Positions 16,467 to 21,343 of a stretch of 21,343 bases of DNA are shown here, piece by piece. This DNA is from Candidatus Aenigmatarchaeota archaeon (GTDB lineage: Archaea; Aenigmatarchaeota; Aenigmatarchaeia; GW2011-AR5; JAGGXF01), in assembly GCA_029932645.1 (NCBI GenBank), contig JAOZPR010000001.1:1-21343 (forward strand), read 5' to 3'. The notes beneath the pieces were generated by a model. The model was not told the DNA's origin. It saw nothing but the letters and a program-made list of their open reading frames with translations, and did not search any database. Position 1 is the stretch's first letter. Every line of letters begins with the position of its first letter. A program made the position numbers and the translations under genes.

Positions 16467-17159
16467 TTAACCATTCTCATTTTTTAGAATATCAAGAAGC
16501 TCCTTCGGCTGTCTTATAATATAATCCGGCTTGGCTCTTTTCAGGTATTTTCTGTGTTTGGGTGTTACACCATATAACACAAGAACTGTTTTCATGCCAA
16601 ACTTTCCAGCGCCTTTTATATCTCGCAAAGGATCATCTCCAACAAAGAGTATCTCATCAGGTTTGCATCCTGCTTTCTTGATAGCCAACCCGAATACGCT
16701 CTCGCTTGGCTTTTTCTGTTGTGTGTCATCAAAAGCCACAATAAAATCGAAATAATCTGCTATGCCTGTTTCGAAGAGCCTGAGCCACACCTTCATATTT
16801 GGCGCATCCGAAACAATAGCGAGCCTATAGTCTGCATGCCTCAGCTTTTTCAATAGCGGCACAACACCCGGATATGGTTTCAAATGCTTGAGCTGGACTT
16901 TTCTGTACGCATATATGGCCTTTGCAAGTATCTTGTAGTCTATCTTATGTATGACCCTCATAAGAAACTTCTGAAATATCTTATCATACTCTATGCCGTA
17001 GTTGTCGTAAAGCTCGAAAAGGATTCGCAACGCATCTTTCCTGTTGAGCTTTAGACCTTCCTCTATCATGGCGTCCACAGCAGCAACACAACACCTTTTC
17101 TTGACCCCCATGAAATCTACCAAGGTGTTGTCCAAATCAAAAAATATGTTCTTAATCAT
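16467..17159 (-). CDS. HAD-superfamily IA hydrolase (archaeal TIGR02253-like)
   Basis: IFFDLDNTLVD, IVSD, KKP and FVGDDPLRDIKGA. GGTGA RBS upstream. Confidence 0.9.
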   Translation of the reverse strand: MIKNIFFDLDNTLVDFMGVKKRCCVAAVDAMIEEGLKLNRKDALRILFELYDNYGIEYDKIFQKFLMRVIHKIDYKILAKAIYAYRKVQLKHLKPYPGVVPLLKKLRHADYRLAIVSDAPNMKVWLRLFETGIADYFDFIVAFDDTQQKKPSESVFGLAIKKAGCKPDEILFVGDDPLRDIKGAGKFGMKTVLVLYGVTPKHRKYLKRAKPDYIIRQPKELLDILKNENG

Positions 17160-17262
17160 TTTTCACCACTATGATTTGCCTATATATTATTTTTCTATCA
17201 TTTTCCCATCATTCGTCCTTATCGTTTTATCATTTGTTTTTTTATTTCTATTCTGACACCTT

Positions 17263-18153
17263 TTACTCCAACACCTCGACAGAGTCAATAATACCATCGG
17301 CATCCTTGTCCATGCCCCTGACAACATGGGCATACACTTTTTTGTTTTTAGCGTTTCCTTTACATATCTCATCAAAGCGCTGCAGGAACGCTAGTATTGC
17401 TGCTCTTGTTCCTGCCGAGCGCAGACCAGCAACAACTAGGATATGCTTTTTTTTGTAAAAAGGATTTTTGGTTCTGACTATCAGGCCACAGTGGCCAGAT
17501 GTGTAAGATTGTTTGGTGAGCTTTGAATATATAGCCTTGTTTTTGAAAAGAATTGGAAGCTTTTTATTAACCTTTTCTGTGATTTTGTTAACAATAGGCC
17601 CGCCGACAATTATCATATTTTTTCTTAGATTTTTTATCTCTGTGTCCAGACTTACATGTGTCTTGAGAGGGAATGATGAAAAGGAGCCGAGAAACAATGC
17701 AAGGTCAGACGCGTAGTAACCATCTCTGGCACGAGCAGACAACAAACCATGTGGGTCTGGCGAGCCCAGAACTATTCTGGTGTTTATCCTACCGTTTTCA
17801 ACAAACGGACTCAAAAATCTTTTCTTGTCTTCACTGATGAACATAATATTATTCGCGGGTTTAAACCGACCAACAAAAAACACAAATGATGGTGCCCTAA
17901 GCCTGTAAAATTTTGTCAGGACCCTGTCTTTTCTGACATGCGCAACCTCTATTAATCCCATCGTCTCGAGCCTGCGGATATGGTAGTATATGTTCTGCTG
18001 CTCAACATTCATTGTCTTCGCAATCTCTCTAGGATACATGCTTTTTTTGTAGAGCAGTGAAACTATTCGCTTTTCTATCGGCCCCAAGCGTGGCTTGAAC
18101 TCTTTTGTCTCGATGGACTCAAGCGAGTCGCGACCTCGTCTGACAACGAACAT
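17263..18153 (-). CDS. Winged-helix (ArsR/TrmB-like) protein fused to an alpha/beta domain often labelled 'S-layer protein C-terminal'; putative transcriptional regulator
   Basis: N-terminal MYPREIAKTMNVEQQNIYYHIRRLETMGLI HTH. C-terminal GSPDPHG...ARD, NMIIVGGPIVN, NPF and AGLRSAGTRAA. No signal peptide. ATG 18153 follows AGGTGG; GTG 18165 is an alternative start. Confidence 0.78.
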   Translation of the reverse strand: MFVVRRGRDSLESIETKEFKPRLGPIEKRIVSLLYKKSMYPREIAKTMNVEQQNIYYHIRRLETMGLIEVAHVRKDRVLTKFYRLRAPSFVFFVGRFKPANNIMFISEDKKRFLSPFVENGRINTRIVLGSPDPHGLLSARARDGYYASDLALFLGSFSSFPLKTHVSLDTEIKNLRKNMIIVGGPIVNKITEKVNKKLPILFKNKAIYSKLTKQSYTSGHCGLIVRTKNPFYKKKHILVVAGLRSAGTRAAILAFLQRFDEICKGNAKNKKVYAHVVRGMDKDADGIIDSVEVLE

Positions 18154-18286
18154 CCTGGCAACCACCTTTTAACGTTATATAAAGTTATATTAAAAAAATA
18201 TCTTTAATAATATTAAAAATATTTTAATAAAAGTATTTAAATGGGTATGGACAGATAGTTATTTTTATAACGGAGCTTTTGAGCAG

Positions 18287-18302
18287 CTAGTTGAACAACT
18301 AG
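18287..18302. promoter_or_regulatory. Perfect palindrome CTAGTTG-AA-CAACTAG, candidate operator upstream of glmU
   Basis: 7-bp arms, located 17-32 nt downstream of TATA-like TTTTTATAA (18262-18270), i.e. over the expected transcription start. Confidence 0.55.
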
Positions 18303-18324
18303 TTTAAGGCTATATTGAAAGGAA

Positions 18325-19530
18325 ATGACAAAAATGCAGGCAGTTATTCTAGCGGCCGGAAAGGGAACACGGATGAGGCCTTTAACACTCACGATGTCCA
18401 AGGCCATGATACCCGTAGCTGGCAAACCACTGATTCAGTGGACAACAGACACACTAAAAAAATACGTAGATGAAATAATCATCGTAGTCAGAAAAGGACA
18501 AAAAGATATACTTAACCTCGATGGTTGTAAGTTCGTTGTGCAGAAAGAACAGCTGGGTACAGCCGACGCAGTGGGTGTTGTGGAAAACCTTATCGAAGAT
18601 GAATTTGTTCTCATGAATTGCGACGAGATAATCGCAGAAGAGGATATAAGACAGCTTTGCCGGCAACCAGCATATACACTGGCTACGTATCGTTCAGACA
18701 CACCGGAAAGGTTCGGTGCCGTCAGCATTGAGGACGGCGTTGTAAAAAACATAGAAGAAAAATCACCAAAACCCTCCGGAAGCCTTGTAAACGCCGGTAT
18801 CTACGTCTTTGACAAGAAAATATTCGACTTCACAAAGAAAACTCCAATATCAGAGCGCGGAGAATATGAGATAACAAAAACTCTCGAACTTATGATAAAA
18901 GACGGCGTCTCGATTGAGCCTTTCGAGCTCAAGCAATGGGTGAGTGTAAGCTACCCCTGGAATATTCTGGACGCGAACAGGGTGTTGCTTGACAGGACGG
19001 GCACGGTCATAGAAGACAGTGCAAAAATAAGGCCTGGCGTGTTTATACAAAACCCTGTGTTCATTGGCAAAGGCGCTGTTGTTGGGCCGAATTCTTTTAT
19101 ACGCCCGTATTCCTCAATAGGCGAAAATTGCAGGGTTGGCAATGCAAGCGAAATTAAAAATTCTATCATAATGAGAAACTCGTACGTGTCTCATCTTAGT
19201 TATGTCGGCGATAGCATAGTAGCTGATAACTGTAATATTGCTGCCGGTACAATCTTCGCAAACCTGCGACTTGATGACGAGACTATAAAAGTGGACATCA
19301 AGGGCGAACGTGTCGACAGTGGCCGACGCAAGCTGGGCGGCATTGTTGGGAGCAACTGCAAGTTCGGAATAAACTGTTCTATAATGCCCGGCGTGAAAAT
19401 ATATCCGAACCTCTTGATACCGCCACACCATGTCATAACAAAGGATCTCTGGAGTGTTGATATAGAGGAATGGAAAACAGAAATTAACAACGCGAATAAA
19501 AAAAATGTTGGCAATGGTAGCAGCAGATAA
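18325..19530 (+). CDS. glmU: Bifunctional sugar-1-phosphate nucleotidyltransferase/acetyltransferase (archaeal GlmU-like)
   Basis: AVILAAGKGTRMRPLT, QLGTADA, EEK, ERGEYEIT, YPWNILDAN, and a left-handed beta-helix with HLSYVGDS, ANLRLD and GRRKLG. Confidence 0.92.
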   Translation: MTKMQAVILAAGKGTRMRPLTLTMSKAMIPVAGKPLIQWTTDTLKKYVDEIIIVVRKGQKDILNLDGCKFVVQKEQLGTADAVGVVENLIEDEFVLMNCDEIIAEEDIRQLCRQPAYTLATYRSDTPERFGAVSIEDGVVKNIEEKSPKPSGSLVNAGIYVFDKKIFDFTKKTPISERGEYEITKTLELMIKDGVSIEPFELKQWVSVSYPWNILDANRVLLDRTGTVIEDSAKIRPGVFIQNPVFIGKGAVVGPNSFIRPYSSIGENCRVGNASEIKNSIIMRNSYVSHLSYVGDSIVADNCNIAAGTIFANLRLDDETIKVDIKGERVDSGRRKLGGIVGSNCKFGINCSIMPGVKIYPNLLIPPHHVITKDLWSVDIEEWKTEINNANKKNVGNGSSR

Positions 19531-19557
19531 AACACGATTAGAAGAAAAGGTGATCAA

Positions 19558-21282
19558 ATGTGTGGAATTGTAGGCGTGGTAAGTGAAAAACCATTCGAGG
19601 TGACCGACCTAATAAAATCACTGAAGAGGCTCGAATATCGGGGTTATGATTCTGTTGGGTTTGCAACTGATAAAGGTATTGTTGAAAAAGACGTTGGCCA
19701 GATAAAAGATTTTATGACTAGTGCCAACCTGAAGCAGACAGCCAACATCGCGATATCGCATACCAGGTGGGCAACGCACGGCGGCGTTACCAAAACGAAT
19801 GCTCACCCGCACACAGACTGCTCAGGAGAGATAATGATAGTCCATAACGGAATCATTGAAAATTTTATCGAACTTAGAAACGAGCTAGAAAAGGAAGGGC
19901 ATAAGATAAAATCAGATACCGACAGTGAGCTTATCGCGCACTTTTTCGAGGGCAAGAACATGAAAAAAGCCTGCACTGAATTTTTCAAAAAAATTCAGGG
20001 AACATTCGCCGTCCTGATTATAAAAAAGGACGGTAAAGAGATTTACGCGTTAAAAAGGGATTCACCTCTGGCTCTCGGCATAGCCGATGGGATGAACATA
20101 CTAGGAAGCGACATATATGCATTCTCAGACAAGACAAACAAGGCAATATTTTTTGATGACGACGAGTTTGCCGTTGTCACGCCAAATTCGTTCCAGTTTT
20201 ATGACGCGGCGGGCGAGCCGATAAAAAAAACTGTGCAGACATTTCAATGGTCCTCACGAGAGGAAGACAAACAGAAGTATAAACATTTCATGCTCAAAGA
20301 AATAAAGGAACAGCCAGTTGTTGCCGAGCGTCTCATTCATTCGCTAGAGACAGAGCAAAAGGACAAAATGTTAGAACTTAAAAAAATGGTAGAAAGCGCT
20401 GAAAAAATAATTTTTGTTGCTGCCGGCACTTCTTATCATGCTTCGTTGCTTGGCACCTATTTCTTGCACAACCTTGGAATAGAAGCACAGGCATTAATAT
20501 CCTCAGAGTTCAGCAGTTTCGCAACAGTAGATGACCAAACACTTGTCATTGCAATAAGCCAGAGTGGTGAAACCATGGATGTTATCGAATCCATAAAATT
20601 CGCTAGGAAGCACGGTGCAAAGCTAGCGTCCATTGTCAATGTGCCTTACTCGTCTATTCAAAGGCTATCTGATTTGTCCCTGAACATATTGGCCGGGCAG
20701 GAGATATGTGTTGCATCTACGAAAACATTCACAAACCAAGTAATCCTGCTACTATATCTCTGTTCTTTGTTTGGATATGAGATAAATCTTCCAAAGCTGG
20801 TAAATAACATGCAAAAAATATTTGAACAGGAAGAAAAAATAAAAAAACTTGCCGGCGAACTTAAGAACAAGAAAGATATATATGTTATAGGCCGGGCATT
20901 GGCATATCCTGTTGCAAGAGAAATAGCACTGAAGCTGAAGGAGATATCTTACATACACGCAGAGGGGATGATGGGCGGTGAATTGAAACACGGGACGATT
21001 GCACTCATAGAAGATGGTGTCCCAGTAATATCTCTCATACCAGACAATGACAAAGATATTCTGTCAAATACAAAAGAAGTTGAGGCCCGGGGCGCCAGAA
21101 CAATAATCATTTCTTCACAGGATTTAAATAAAATTGACTTCAGGTTGCCTCCTAGCAACGGTGGCAAGTTTGCGATATTGTCTAACATGATTGGTCAGCT
21201 ACTTACGTACTACATCGCGCTGGAAAAGGGGCTGCCGATAGACAAGCCCAGAAACCTCGCAAAGAGCGTAACTGTTAAATAA
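19558..21282 (+). CDS. glmS: Glutamine-fructose-6-phosphate aminotransferase (isomerizing)
   Basis: MCGIVG N-terminal Cys, LEYRGYDS, HTRWATHG, HNGIIEN, SQSGET, VASTK, KHG and PRNLAKSVTVK. AGGTGAT RBS. Confidence 0.97.
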   Translation: MCGIVGVVSEKPFEVTDLIKSLKRLEYRGYDSVGFATDKGIVEKDVGQIKDFMTSANLKQTANIAISHTRWATHGGVTKTNAHPHTDCSGEIMIVHNGIIENFIELRNELEKEGHKIKSDTDSELIAHFFEGKNMKKACTEFFKKIQGTFAVLIIKKDGKEIYALKRDSPLALGIADGMNILGSDIYAFSDKTNKAIFFDDDEFAVVTPNSFQFYDAAGEPIKKTVQTFQWSSREEDKQKYKHFMLKEIKEQPVVAERLIHSLETEQKDKMLELKKMVESAEKIIFVAAGTSYHASLLGTYFLHNLGIEAQALISSEFSSFATVDDQTLVIAISQSGETMDVIESIKFARKHGAKLASIVNVPYSSIQRLSDLSLNILAGQEICVASTKTFTNQVILLLYLCSLFGYEINLPKLVNNMQKIFEQEEKIKKLAGELKNKKDIYVIGRALAYPVAREIALKLKEISYIHAEGMMGGELKHGTIALIEDGVPVISLIPDNDKDILSNTKEVEARGARTIIISSQDLNKIDFRLPPSNGGKFAILSNMIGQLLTYYIALEKGLPIDKPRNLAKSVTVK

Positions 21283-21293
21283 CGAATAATATT

Positions 21294-21337
21294 AATAACT
21301 AATTTAATAACTAATAATTTTCAATAACTAATAATTT
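21294..21337. repeat. AT-rich short direct repeats downstream of glmS
   Basis: AATAACTAAT starts at 21294, 21306 and 21323; the last two copies extend to AATAACTAATAATTT. Confidence 0.7.
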
Positions 21338-21343
21338 ATCATG

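Noticed and set aside
17263..18153. True S-layer structural protein
   Set aside because: No signal peptide or membrane anchor, and the N-terminal wHTH indicates a cytoplasmic DNA-binding protein.
19531..19557. glmS ribozyme upstream of glmS
   Set aside because: The glmU-glmS gap is only 27 nt and contains just an RBS.

Overview
Gene-dense archaeal chromosomal segment of housekeeping character. Evidence for Archaea: HMf-type histone, TFB, aIF5A, archaeosortase, GGTGAT/GGAGG ribosome-binding sites and TATA-type promoters. The compact, divergent gene set looks DPANN-like (possibly Aenigmarchaeota-type), but this is inference only. Contents: (1) tRNA maturation genes rtcB, archease, trmI and trm1, plus a tRNA-Pro(CGG) with two introns (D-loop 17/17a and canonical 37/38); (2) ether-lipid/isoprenoid genes (trans-prenyl diphosphate synthase, uppS, egsA, GGGP synthase); (3) surface/envelope genes (A24 prepilin peptidase interrupted by one in-frame TAG, archaeosortase, a ~694-aa coiled-coil protein, glmU-glmS); (4) histone, TFB, aIF5A, two HAD hydrolases, DUF371, DUF460 and a wHTH protein. 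The most notable unexplained signals are a wHTH regulator divergent from glmU-glmS with palindromic operator-like sites, the TAG-plus-hairpin in the peptidase gene, a paired palindromic DNA site between the convergent tfb and trm1 genes, and start-codon-mimicking repeats/uORFs in the tfb leader. No CRISPR array, rRNA or mobile element was seen. All family assignments are from motif recognition, not database searches.
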